Positions 49,306-59,296 of a DNA stretch of 64,000 nt are shown one piece after another. Positions within the stretch are counted from its first letter, which is position 1; the number at the start of each line of letters is the position of its first letter. The notes beneath the pieces were generated by a model. The model saw nothing but the letters and a program-made list of their open reading frames with translations, searched no databases and was not told where the DNA came from. A program made the position numbers and the translations under genes. The DNA is from Methanobacteriota archaeon (GTDB lineage: Archaea > Thermoplasmatota > Thermoplasmata > Thermoplasmatales > GCA-001856825), in the NCBI GenBank assembly GCA_017857235.1, contig JAFMDN010000002.1, positions 13,541 through 77,540 of the forward strand. The letters run 5' to 3'.

Positions 49306-50403
49306 TTGAAACTATATGTATACATAATTAGAAGGCTCCTTTTAATGATACCAGTATTGCTAGGTGTGGTTGCGATAACTTTCGCATTATCACATGTTAA
49401 TATAAACCTTCTGATTTCAGAATACGAAGGGAGAATTCATACTCCGCAGGCAAGGCAGGCTGTCATAAACGCATTGCATTTAAATGGCAACTTTCTTGAA
49501 CAATATTTATATTATGTAGTGGCTGTATTTACAGGAAACTGGGGTTATACGGCCCCGTCTGATATAGATCCTGGGTCTCCGGTAGTACTTGAATTTATGA
49601 GGAGATTCCCACCTACAGCTGAATTGGCAATAGTTGCAACCTTAATAATGGTGGCATTATCCTTGCCATTGGGAATACTCAGTGCTGTAAAAAAGGACAG
49701 GCTTGTAGATCAGGCAACTAGGTTAATAGCAATGTTCTTCTACTCAATACCAGTTTTCTGGTTTGGTTTGATAATTATATTGATAATAGGACCAGGATCC
49801 AAAATTGTACCTCCTTGGTTACAGGACAGTGGGACAGGGCAATTAAATTTCCAACAATATGCTATAATTTATAAAAATGGGGTTTATACGCTTGCACCTT
49901 GGGCTGTCCAGGGAGGTTTGTCTAGGCCAACTGGATTTTTAGTTATAGATACAGCTTTATATGGCGATTGGCCCGCTTTTCTTGATGCCCTTAAGCATTT
50001 AATGTACCCATCCATAGTTGTTGGTGTTACATCATTTGGTGTTTTCGTTAGATATTTAAGATCCAGCATGCTTGAAACCTTAGGCCAGGACTTCATTAGG
50101 ACAGCCAAATCAAAAGGAGTTCCTGAGAGATATGTAATTAAAAAGCATGCTAGGAGGAACTCTCTTGGCCCTACAACAACCATTATGGGTTTAACCATTG
50201 CAGGATTACTAGCAGGAGTTGTTGTAACAGAAAACATCTTTGGATGGCCAGGTATGGGTACATGGCTCTATGATGCTGCAGTTTCGGACGACCTAGTTTC
50301 AATAATAGCCACTACCTTTGTATTCACCATAGTCATAGTAATCGCAAATTTGATTGTAGATATATTATATGCATATCTTGATCCAAGGGTGAGATTAGAA
50401 TGA
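49306..50403 (+). CDS. dppB: oligopeptide/dipeptide ABC transporter permease
   Basis: YIIRRL, P.T.EL, SIP.FW, R..R.SMLE.L..DFIRTA.SKG, E.IF.WPG.G. Confidence 0.92.
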   Translation: MKLYVYIIRRLLLMIPVLLGVVAITFALSHVNINLLISEYEGRIHTPQARQAVINALHLNGNFLEQYLYYVVAVFTGNWGYTAPSDIDPGSPVVLEFMRRFPPTAELAIVATLIMVALSLPLGILSAVKKDRLVDQATRLIAMFFYSIPVFWFGLIIILIIGPGSKIVPPWLQDSGTGQLNFQQYAIIYKNGVYTLAPWAVQGGLSRPTGFLVIDTALYGDWPAFLDALKHLMYPSIVVGVTSFGVFVRYLRSSMLETLGQDFIRTAKSKGVPERYVIKKHARRNSLGPTTTIMGLTIAGLLAGVVVTENIFGWPGMGTWLYDAAVSDDLVSIIATTFVFTIVIVIANLIVDILYAYLDPRVRLE

Positions 50404-51347
50404 GTGTAAATAATAGCAATAGAGAAGAGAGCGAATTCGTTAGATCTCTCTTGAGCCGATTTGAGAGCTTTAAAAGGACCTTCTATTTCCTCACTAGATC
50501 ACCATTAGCAGTAATTGGTTTAGCAATTACAATCTTCTACATATTACTTGGAATATTTGGGGATTTCTTCGTTAAAGGTAACCCGTGGACTATGGTCCAA
50601 ATTCTTGAATATAAAGGTCAATATATTTACAATACCCCATTGCCGCCATCAAGTACATTCCCATTTGGAACTACTTATGGAGGATATGATATTTTCAATG
50701 GAATAATTAAGGGAGCAAGAATAGATGAAGGTGTAGCAGCGATAATTGTATTAACAGGTGCATTAACTGGTGTAATTCTTGGTTCAATTGCTGGTTATTT
50801 CGGTGGAATAATTGATGATATAGTGATGAGAGTTACTGATATTTTCCTTTCGATACCTGGGTTAGTTCTATTAATAGCATTCATGGCCATATTGGGTAGA
50901 ACGCTAGAAATATTAGTATTTGGGTTTATAGTGATTTGGTGGCCAGGTTATACTAGGATTATTAGGGGGCAAGTTTTATCATTAAGAGAATTAAAATATG
51001 TGGAAGCTTCAAAAGCGGCAGGAGCCAGCGCTTTTAGAATTATAACCAAGCACCTTATACCCAATGCAATTTACCCAGTTTTTGTCCAGGTTTCTCTAGA
51101 TTTTGGAAATGTTATATTAAGTTTGGCAACACTAGACTATTTGGGATTCGGGTTCGCTGGACAGAACCTTGCTGAATGGGGGAATATTATAGGGTTAGCA
51201 ACACATGGGGCATCAGGAGTCTTGAGTATTGAAAACTATCCATGGACTGTTACAATTCCTGGATTAATCATCTTAATATTCGTACTCTCCCTGAATTTCC
51301 TAGGAGATGGCCTTAGAGATGTACTGGATCCTAAAATGAGGAGGTGA
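50400..51347 (+). CDS. dppC: oligopeptide/dipeptide ABC transporter permease
   Basis: PP....PFGT...G.D, AGYFGG..D...MR.TD, WP.Y.R..RGQ, EWG, N.LGDGLRD.LDP. Confidence 0.92.
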   Translation: MSVNNSNREESEFVRSLLSRFESFKRTFYFLTRSPLAVIGLAITIFYILLGIFGDFFVKGNPWTMVQILEYKGQYIYNTPLPPSSTFPFGTTYGGYDIFNGIIKGARIDEGVAAIIVLTGALTGVILGSIAGYFGGIIDDIVMRVTDIFLSIPGLVLLIAFMAILGRTLEILVFGFIVIWWPGYTRIIRGQVLSLRELKYVEASKAAGASAFRIITKHLIPNAIYPVFVQVSLDFGNVILSLATLDYLGFGFAGQNLAEWGNIIGLATHGASGVLSIENYPWTVTIPGLIILIFVLSLNFLGDGLRDVLDPKMRR

Positions 51348-51354
51348 AAAGACT

Positions 51355-52947
51355 TTGACAGAAGATCAGGTATTGAATAATAGAGAGCCCATATTGAGAG
51401 TTAGGAATCTAAAAACTCAATTCTTCATCTACGATGGTATTGTGAAAGCTTTAGAAAATGTAAGCTTTACACTTTATAAAGGCGAAATTTTAGGCCTGGT
51501 AGGAGAGACAGGATGCGGAAAATCAGTTACAGCTTATTCCATAACCAAATTGTTGGCGGATCCGCCAGGAAGGATTGTAGGCGGAGAAATATATCTAGGG
51601 AATCTGAATATTCTTAAAAACGTCTTTAAGGAAGCAAAGATAATTCCAAGGTCAAAGAAACCAAAAGTAAAAAGATATACTTCTGTTATTAAAAAGAATG
51701 AACTATTTTTTAACCAGATAAGGGGAAAATATATTTCAATGATATTCCAGGAGCCCATGGCAGCTTTGAATCCAGTTTATACTATTGAAGATCAAATAAC
51801 TGAAACTCTTTTCCTCCATAGGAGAGGATACCTTTTAGAGGTGGCCAGAGATGCTTCAAATAACAAATCTTTTCTACTTAAATTGAAAGGTATAATTGAC
51901 TCTATAAGGGAGACCAATGAAGGAGCTAGCTCAAAAGGTAAAAGGGATATTTCCTCTATTGAAGAAGATTTAAGCTCCAGCAGCAGAGAAGAATTTAAAA
52001 AGATCTACAATGTTGAATATATAGATTCAAACCTCAGCGAGGGTAAATTAAAGGAAGAATTAATAAAGAGCATTAATACTAAAAAAGGGGTAGAAAGCTT
52101 TTCAAAGCATATAGAGCTCTTAATAGAGGCTGCAAATGCATATGAAAAGAATAAAACCAAGTATGACCGATTAATAGAAGAAGATAGAAGAGTAGAACAG
52201 CTTCGAAGAGATTTGTTAACTGAAAAGGATGAGAAAAAAGTTGAAGATATACAGAAAGAATTGAATAAATATACCAAGAAAATTAATCTCATTAAGCTAA
52301 GTAAAGAACTTAAAAGGAATAAAAAGAGTCCTTTGATAATTGAAGCTAGGAGAGAAGCTTTTTATCTCCTTGAATCTGTTAATATTCCAGATGCTTATGG
52401 TGTCCTCAAGAGATATCCTCATGAACTAAGCGGGGGAATGCTCCAGAGAGTTGTAATCTCCATTGCACTTGCGAATGATCCGGAAATATTAATAGCTGAT
52501 GAACCTACCACCGCCCTTGACGTTACGGTACAGGCACAAATATTGGAAATTATGAGGAATTTGCAGAAACAAAGATCCACCTCCATTATTCTTATAACTC
52601 ATGACCTGGGAGTAATAGCCGAGATGTGTGATAGGGTAGCTGTAATGTATGCGGGCAATATAGTTGAAATGGGCGATATAAATGAAATTTTCCATAACCC
52701 AAAACATCCATATACTATAGGCCTTCTATCTTCGATACCAAGGATCGATAACCCAGATAAGAAGTTGAAGAGCATTGGTGGGAGTGTCCCAAATCTTTTG
52801 AATCCACCCAATGGGTGCAGATTCCACCCGAGATGCCCATTTGCATTTGATCGATGCAAAGTAGAGGTTCCAGTACATATAGAGGTTGAACCTAATCACG
52901 TAGTTGCTTGCCATCTATTTTCTGGTAAGGAGGTGACTGATTATTAG
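51355..52947 (+). CDS. dppD: peptide ABC transporter ATP-binding protein with large insertion
   Basis: GETGCGKS, IFQEP, YPHELSGGM.QR, DEPTTALD, HPY domain, GC.FHPRC. Confidence 0.9.
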   Translation: MTEDQVLNNREPILRVRNLKTQFFIYDGIVKALENVSFTLYKGEILGLVGETGCGKSVTAYSITKLLADPPGRIVGGEIYLGNLNILKNVFKEAKIIPRSKKPKVKRYTSVIKKNELFFNQIRGKYISMIFQEPMAALNPVYTIEDQITETLFLHRRGYLLEVARDASNNKSFLLKLKGIIDSIRETNEGASSKGKRDISSIEEDLSSSSREEFKKIYNVEYIDSNLSEGKLKEELIKSINTKKGVESFSKHIELLIEAANAYEKNKTKYDRLIEEDRRVEQLRRDLLTEKDEKKVEDIQKELNKYTKKINLIKLSKELKRNKKSPLIIEARREAFYLLESVNIPDAYGVLKRYPHELSGGMLQRVVISIALANDPEILIADEPTTALDVTVQAQILEIMRNLQKQRSTSIILITHDLGVIAEMCDRVAVMYAGNIVEMGDINEIFHNPKHPYTIGLLSSIPRIDNPDKKLKSIGGSVPNLLNPPNGCRFHPRCPFAFDRCKVEVPVHIEVEPNHVVACHLFSGKEVTDY

Positions 52948-52960
52948 CGATAAAGAGATA

Positions 52961-54133
52961 TTGATAAGGGCAATAGGAATAAGGAAATATTTTCCCATAA
53001 AGGGGGGTATACTTGGAACAACTAAAGGTTATGTATATGCTGTAGATGATGTAAATCTCGACATCTATAAAGGAGAAACATTGGGTTTAGTCGGAGAATC
53101 CGGATGCGGTAAAACTACATTAGGAAGGTTGTTGCTTAATTTACTTGACCCTTCTGGAGGTACATTGATTTACAATTTCAATGATAATCATTCTTCAGAA
53201 CTGTTAAAGAAATCAGATATATTGATAGAGGAATATTCAAAGATTAAAGGAAGAAACATAAGGGAAATTAGGCTAAAGGAAAAGGAAATCATAAGTAAAT
53301 ACAATATCAGAGATATATATCGTGCAGGAATATCCCAACTAAAAAAATTCAGAAGAAACGTCCAGATCGTATTCCAAGACCCTGTTTCTTCGCTTGATCC
53401 AAGAATGTTAATTAAAGATATAGTTGCCGAACCACTTTATGTCAACAAAATAGCAAGGGGTGAGAAGGCTAGACAGATGGTTTTAAACTTGCTTAAAGAA
53501 GTTGGACTTAACGAGGATCATCTGTATAGATTCCCGCATGAATTCAGTGGTGGACAGAGGCAAAGAATAGCTTTTGCGAGAGCCGTTATAACAAATCCCA
53601 ATTTCATCGTACTTGATGAACCAACCTCAGCCTTAGATGTTTCTGTCCAAGCCCAAATATTAAACTTGTTGAAAGACATGCAAAAGAAGAGAAATATAAC
53701 ATATCTTTTCATTTCACACAATTTAGCTGTGATTAGGGCTATGAGTGATAGAGTGGCTGTCATGTATCTCGGAAAGATAGTAGAACAAGCTTCCACTGAT
53801 GACATTTTTGAGTATCCTATTCATCCTTATACGCAAGCATTACTCAGTGCGATTCCAATTCCTGACCCACAAAAAAGAAGAAACAGGATAATCCTTTCAG
53901 GAGACGTACCTTCCCCATCTAATCCGCCCTCTGGATGCAGATTCCATACAAGGTGCAGATTTGCTACAGAGAAATGCAGACTGGAGGAGCCTGAGCTTAG
54001 AGAAATCAGGCCAGGTCATTTTGTAGCGTGCCATTACTCTGAAGAGATTCTTTCAACCGAGACTAAACAGCATGCAATTTTGAAGGAGACAAATATAGAG
54101 ACCGTGGGACTTGCAAATATTGAAAAGAAATAG
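52961..54133 (+). CDS. dppF: peptide ABC transporter ATP-binding protein
   Basis: [35 protein letters not shown] domain. Confidence 0.92.
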   Translation: MIRAIGIRKYFPIKGGILGTTKGYVYAVDDVNLDIYKGETLGLVGESGCGKTTLGRLLLNLLDPSGGTLIYNFNDNHSSELLKKSDILIEEYSKIKGRNIREIRLKEKEIISKYNIRDIYRAGISQLKKFRRNVQIVFQDPVSSLDPRMLIKDIVAEPLYVNKIARGEKARQMVLNLLKEVGLNEDHLYRFPHEFSGGQRQRIAFARAVITNPNFIVLDEPTSALDVSVQAQILNLLKDMQKKRNITYLFISHNLAVIRAMSDRVAVMYLGKIVEQASTDDIFEYPIHPYTQALLSAIPIPDPQKRRNRIILSGDVPSPSNPPSGCRFHTRCRFATEKCRLEEPELREIRPGHFVACHYSEEILSTETKQHAILKETNIETVGLANIEKK

Positions 54134-54140
54134 GAGTTAA

Positions 54141-54407
54141 ATGAGATACACAAATGAAGAAAGACAAAAATTAATCGATGATCCAGGTCTTCCATGGAAA
54201 AAATGGTTTAGATATGTTCTTTTTAAATATTGGTATGCGTTTTTCTGTTTGCTCATAGATATAGGCATACCAATCCAATATATTGAAAATTATGAATTAA
54301 TTGGAAATTCAGGCTATTGGCCTATGATTGCATCCCTTGTATCAGTCCCTTTTTTAATAACTGTTGAAGCTCTGCTTTATAAAAAATTGTTTCCAAAAGA
54401 ATTTTAG
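54141..54407 (+). CDS. small membrane protein (2 TM)
   Basis: GGAG SD; two hydrophobic segments; lies at the end of the dppBCDF run. Confidence 0.6.
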   Translation: MRYTNEERQKLIDDPGLPWKKWFRYVLFKYWYAFFCLLIDIGIPIQYIENYELIGNSGYWPMIASLVSVPFLITVEALLYKKLFPKEF

Positions 54408-54528
54408 AGACTTTTATTTACTTTTAGATTTTTTTTAATTTTGTCACTATAATTTACCATATTTTCTTATCTTTGTTACTAAATGAAAAGATTTAAGTAT
54501 AAACTTCACTTAAACATTTCGTGGTTCT

Positions 54529-57318
54529 ATGAGTCAGCAAGAAGCACAAACCACGGCTCCACCACCAGAGAAGAAAAAATCTTCAGCTGGAAAGTGGATA
54601 GCCGTAGTAGTGGTAATTATAATAATAGCGGCAGCTGCGGTAGTATTACTATCGCACAAATCGACAACAACTACAACAACAACTACAACTGCATTGCCTG
54701 CTACCATAACTCCAACATCTACAGGACTATCTGCACAAGCTGGATCACCTTTGACTTTCTTCACAAACCTTCCAAGCAATGTTAAGTTTACAAAAGTTGT
54801 ATGGAACTTTGGTAATGGAGTTACACAAACAGTAACTAGTGGAAACGGAGAGGTGACATATACATACAATACACCCGGTAGCTATTTGGTATCTGTAACA
54901 GTCTATAATTCAACATCTTCAGTAAGCAATAATCAATCGCTCCTACTGGTTACGGTAACACCTGGATTGACAGCTAATCCTGCAGCCATATACGGTCCAA
55001 TTACAGTTAACATGAACAGCGCTGGAAATACTAATCAGAGTATCCCTGCGGGTGGATGGATAAACTTATCCTATTCTGGTCTAACAGCAGCTACTCCAAT
55101 AATGTTGGGATCACCAGTACCTGGAGATCCATCATACACTGTTTCTGCATTTCAGTGGAATATTGATAATGGAACAAGCGTAATACTCAATACAAATATC
55201 AAAAATTCCAATGGAACTGCTAACATGATGTATGCTGGTACTGTAAATTTGACATTCTCAACACCGGGATTCCATACTGTTGAGTTGAATACAATATCCA
55301 CGGGACCCAGCGGAAATGTTACAGGAAGCTTCATAATGACAGTTGCGGTTGGAAATTATGCGGTTTTAAAAGTTGCTCCTAAGGTTGCACCAAATAAGAA
55401 TATGATAGTGGATGCAACATGGATACCTGGAGGTCCTAGAACATTTGATCCAGCTATAGCTTATGATACAGTTTCTTATGAAGTGGTTTATGAGATTTAT
55501 CAGCCACTGGTATTCTACAATGGAACTTCTACAACTCAATTTAACCCTGTTATAGCTAAATATGTCCCAACTGTTCAGAATGGCGGTATAGTGGTTAACA
55601 CAACTACAGGGGCAGAGAACATAACATTCTACATAAATACAAGCCTCCAATTCTCTAATGGCGACCATGTAAATGCATACGATGTTTATATCTCCTTTGC
55701 CAGGACTTTACTATTTGCTAATGATCCTGGTGACCCAGGATGGATAATTGCACACGCTCTCTTACCAGCACCCAGCATATACGGACCTTTCAATAACTCC
55801 TTCTATTGGGTACACCACGCTATAACTTGGAACAATACAACGCAATCGGTAACCTTCCACTTGCTACCAGCTGTACCGACATGGTTGCCAAACACTTCTG
55901 CAGTTTATGCAGGCGTTAACTATGGTGTACTTAACCAGTCTTATCCGGTTCATAACTTTGGTGCAAATTCGTACTTCCTGCAGCTTATATCAGGTCCTAC
56001 TGCTGGAGATATAATGGATTACAACTGGCTTGTACAGCATGGAGCTGCACCGGCAAATAACTCAGCCTCATATTCGGCATTTGCAAACCCATCAAATGGG
56101 CCTGGAGTTAGCGGATACTTCAATACATATATACAATACAACACTCTGGGTACAGGGCCTTATGAATTAAAACTATATGAGCCTTCACAGGAAGTAATAC
56201 TGACAGCCAATCCTTACTATCATCAGACACCCGGCTTATTGCCACCAAGCAAGCTGATACCCGAAGTTGTCATAGAATATCTCTCACAGGAAACCACTGC
56301 CCAGCAGCAATTTGCTTCTGGCCAGGCACAATTTGCTGAAGGTGCCTATCCAGTTGATGCTACACCTCTGCTATTGAAACTTGTCAACAGTGGTGTGGCA
56401 GGTATGACCTCTGTAGGTCAGCTCGCAACCTTCTCATTCTTCATAAACTTCGCAATAAATATAACAGGAGCCCAGATTTATGACTCACAAACAAATATCC
56501 CACCGGGATTCTTTGCAAATCTTAACGTAAGGAAGGCATTCTACTATGCTTTCAACCAAACATACTGGATAGATGTTGCCAACTCCAATTCAGGAATAAC
56601 CTTTGCTGAAAATCTCAGCGGTATAATTCCAAGAGGAATGCCAGAATATCCCTCCAATCTATCAGCACAGGCACCTGAAGTTTACAATTTAACCTTGGCA
56701 AAGTACTATTGGTCATTAACACCCTATGCAAAGAATGGAACAAAGCTATACATACCTCTGTTCAATACATTAGGAAATCCTACGGTTGATGAAATGTATT
56801 CAGTCTATGAACAAGCACTTTCTGCAATGTCAAATGGTCAAATCGTAGCAACAACATATGATATCACATTCGCCCAAGAGTTAGCTTATACCTCTGTAGG
56901 TCCTGGTCAGAACCCGATGCCTATTTACTTCCTAGGTTGGATCGATGACTATCCGGATGCATCAGACTTTGTTGCCCCGTTCTACCAGCCATACGGTATA
57001 TACACTTATCCTGATGGAATTATTCAAACAAATCCCTACTTCAACCCAAGCACTAATCCCAATCAGTGGGCCAACATTACAATGATGTGGAACTACCTTA
57101 ATTTGGCCGAGGAATCAACAAATCAATCACTTGTTGATCTATACTATTATCTAGCAGAGAAAATCGCAATGAGTCTGTATCTCTTGATAGGTGTAATGCA
57201 GCCTCTTGCCTACCTTGTCTATAGTACAACAATAAATCCGAATAGTTTGGCATTGACAGAAAACCCAGTCGTTGGTGCATCATTCCTGGTATTCTATACG
57301 ATGCAATACAATAGCTAA
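54529..57318 (+). CDS. family 5 extracellular solute-binding protein with N-terminal TM anchor, Thr linker and PKD domain(s)
   Basis: W.FG.G....Y.Y..PG.Y.V PKD; DPA..YD..S.E....IY..L, FSNG....A.DV, GTGPY, VRKA..YAF, W..DYPD. Confidence 0.88.
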   Translation: MSQQEAQTTAPPPEKKKSSAGKWIAVVVVIIIIAAAAVVLLSHKSTTTTTTTTTALPATITPTSTGLSAQAGSPLTFFTNLPSNVKFTKVVWNFGNGVTQTVTSGNGEVTYTYNTPGSYLVSVTVYNSTSSVSNNQSLLLVTVTPGLTANPAAIYGPITVNMNSAGNTNQSIPAGGWINLSYSGLTAATPIMLGSPVPGDPSYTVSAFQWNIDNGTSVILNTNIKNSNGTANMMYAGTVNLTFSTPGFHTVELNTISTGPSGNVTGSFIMTVAVGNYAVLKVAPKVAPNKNMIVDATWIPGGPRTFDPAIAYDTVSYEVVYEIYQPLVFYNGTSTTQFNPVIAKYVPTVQNGGIVVNTTTGAENITFYINTSLQFSNGDHVNAYDVYISFARTLLFANDPGDPGWIIAHALLPAPSIYGPFNNSFYWVHHAITWNNTTQSVTFHLLPAVPTWLPNTSAVYAGVNYGVLNQSYPVHNFGANSYFLQLISGPTAGDIMDYNWLVQHGAAPANNSASYSAFANPSNGPGVSGYFNTYIQYNTLGTGPYELKLYEPSQEVILTANPYYHQTPGLLPPSKLIPEVVIEYLSQETTAQQQFASGQAQFAEGAYPVDATPLLLKLVNSGVAGMTSVGQLATFSFFINFAINITGAQIYDSQTNIPPGFFANLNVRKAFYYAFNQTYWIDVANSNSGITFAENLSGIIPRGMPEYPSNLSAQAPEVYNLTLAKYYWSLTPYAKNGTKLYIPLFNTLGNPTVDEMYSVYEQALSAMSNGQIVATTYDITFAQELAYTSVGPGQNPMPIYFLGWIDDYPDASDFVAPFYQPYGIYTYPDGIIQTNPYFNPSTNPNQWANITMMWNYLNLAEESTNQSLVDLYYYLAEKIAMSLYLLIGVMQPLAYLVYSTTINPNSLALTENPVVGASFLVFYTMQYNS
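54661..54690 (+). repeat. ACA/ACT triplet run encoding a poly-Thr linker
   Basis: tcgacaacaactacaacaacaactacaact encodes STTTTTTTTT. Confidence 0.85.
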
Positions 57319-57335
57319 TAAAATTTATTTATTTT

Positions 57336-58496
57336 TTATTTAATTTTCTTTAAAGAATTCTTTAAATCATTAAAAATATCAAACTTATCCTCTATCCCAA
57401 CAGATAATCTTAAAAGGCTTTCTGTAATTCCTATTTTCTTTCTATGCTCTGGCGTTATATAAGTATGGCTAGTTTCCCATGGTAATGTTATTAAAGATTC
57501 TACACCACCAAAAGTTGGTGCCTTTTTTATAATCTCCAATCTGTCCATAAATTTCTGGCTCTTTTCATAATCAACACCAAGATCAAAGGATATTACTCCA
57601 CCGAACCCCCTAAGATTATCTTTTGCTATCCCGTAGTACTTATTTTTAAGGCCTGGATAGTTTACCTTTATTCCCATTTTCTCCAGTTTATTGGCTATGA
57701 AAAATGCCGAATTGTTCTGTTTATTTACTCTTAAGTACATCGTCTTTATGTTTTTGCTGAGAACATGTGCTGTATATGGATCCATGATTGTTCCTAAGGC
57801 TTTCCTTTTAGCGGCTATTTCCCTAATGAGATCCTTTGATCCTGCTATCAGGCCACCTACAACATCATCCATTCCTGATATATACTTTGTCGCGGAATGT
57901 ATAACTAAATCAAAACCTAATTCCAATGGATTCTGATTGACTGGAGATGCCATGCTTGCGTCCACAATCTTAATTGCATTTGGAGCTTCCCTTGATAATT
58001 TTTTCAAATCTGTAACTTCCAGAGTTGGATTTATTATTGATTCAACGAATACTGCCTTGTATTTCTTAGTATCGAATTCAATGGAATTTATTCTATCTAT
58101 ATCCATGAAATCCACTTTTATGCCTAGCTTAGAAATGTCGTTTTGCAAGAGGTCCAAAGTCTGCCCATATAGACTAGAGACTGTTAGAAGTCTATCACCT
58201 GGCTTTAATATTGTAAGAATGGTGGTAGATATTGCTGACATTCCAGATGAAAATGCCAAGGCAGACTCCGCATTTTCTACTGAAGCATATTTTTCTTCAA
58301 GGCTCTGAACAGTGGGATTCCCTAACCTGGAGTAAATGAAAGGTAAATCCCTGTATTTATCGATAATTTTGGACTTCTTATTTGGATAGATGAATACGGA
58401 ATCACCAAACAGTGGAGTATGTATATTTCCAATCTCCGGGTTAGCCAATTCACCTTCATGAATTACCCTAGTTTCCTGTGATTTTCTTTTAACCAT
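57336..58496 (-). CDS. PLP-dependent trans-sulfuration enzyme (cystathionine gamma-synthase/lyase family)
   Basis: YSRLGNPT, FSSGM.AI, ES..NP, HSATKY, FGG.ISF, LLRLSVG.E. Confidence 0.9.
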   Translation of the reverse strand: MVKRKSQETRVIHEGELANPEIGNIHTPLFGDSVFIYPNKKSKIIDKYRDLPFIYSRLGNPTVQSLEEKYASVENAESALAFSSGMSAISTTILTILKPGDRLLTVSSLYGQTLDLLQNDISKLGIKVDFMDIDRINSIEFDTKKYKAVFVESIINPTLEVTDLKKLSREAPNAIKIVDASMASPVNQNPLELGFDLVIHSATKYISGMDDVVGGLIAGSKDLIREIAAKRKALGTIMDPYTAHVLSKNIKTMYLRVNKQNNSAFFIANKLEKMGIKVNYPGLKNKYYGIAKDNLRGFGGVISFDLGVDYEKSQKFMDRLEIIKKAPTFGGVESLITLPWETSHTYITPEHRKKIGITESLLRLSVGIEDKFDIFNDLKNSLKKIK

Positions 58497-59221
58497 TAAT
58501 TTTCACCCCATATGTCACTAAGTATACTGTCTTCTGAAATACCTTCTTTTATCAATGATGCCTTAAGATCTTTGGCGAATGTCAATCCTCCACAAATATA
58601 ATACTTTCTCCCTAAATAGTCAGGAACAAATTTCTTTATTTTTTCCATACTTATCCTTCCTTGTAAAAAATGTTCTGGAACTTTTTGATCTCTAGTAACA
58701 TTTATTAGGATTCTTAAGCCTATTCCTTCAAATGATTTTAGTTCATTCATTAGAATTATGTCATCCGCATGCTTAACGCTGTAGAAAAGGTAAGAATCCA
58801 CGGGTTCTTTTTTCATTATTGAATGCCTTAGGATTGAAAAAAATGGGGCTATTCCTACGCCTGCAGCTAAATAAACCGATTTTGTTTTCTCATCCAATAG
58901 GAAAGTACCCCGCGGTTCGCCTATTTTTAAAACATCGCCCTCTTTCTTTTTTGATAGATATGAGGTCATTTTACCGTTAATCATTTCAATGAACAATTCA
59001 ATAAAATCAGATTCGGGTGGGGAAGCAATTGAATAGGAACGAAATAATTTTCCATCTTCTGAAAAAATTGTTATAAACTGCCCTGGCCTAAATTTATACA
59101 TTATACCATTAACAGGAACTAATTTGAAGCTATATATAGGATGACTCTGGGAATTCCCCTTAGTCAAATTAGTGATTTCTTTGATTTCAAAATCCCTTAA
59201 TTCCATTGCTGATGAAATCAT
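58496..59221 (-). CDS. FAD/NAD(P)-binding oxidoreductase (ferredoxin-NADP reductase family)
   Basis: F.PGQF, RSYSIAS, G.MTS, AAG.GIAP, YYICG. Confidence 0.88.
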   Translation of the reverse strand: MISSAMELRDFEIKEITNLTKGNSQSHPIYSFKLVPVNGIMYKFRPGQFITIFSEDGKLFRSYSIASPPESDFIELFIEMINGKMTSYLSKKKEGDVLKIGEPRGTFLLDEKTKSVYLAAGVGIAPFFSILRHSIMKKEPVDSYLFYSVKHADDIILMNELKSFEGIGLRILINVTRDQKVPEHFLQGRISMEKIKKFVPDYLGRKYYICGGLTFAKDLKASLIKEGISEDSILSDIWGEN

Positions 59222-59296
59222 TATAATATTAAATATTTAATTAATGTACCACACAAATAAAATATAAATTTCTCGTAGCCTTATCCAGAAATTAAT

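Noticed and set aside
51821-52340. Possible intein in DppD
   Set aside because: No N-terminal Cys/Ser block, no His-Asn-Cys/Ser/Thr junction and no LAGLIDADG motifs.
54483-54785. 100-aa alternative-frame ORF overlapping the SBP start
   Set aside because: Out-of-frame reading of the Thr/Ile-rich SBP N-terminus; no independent motif.
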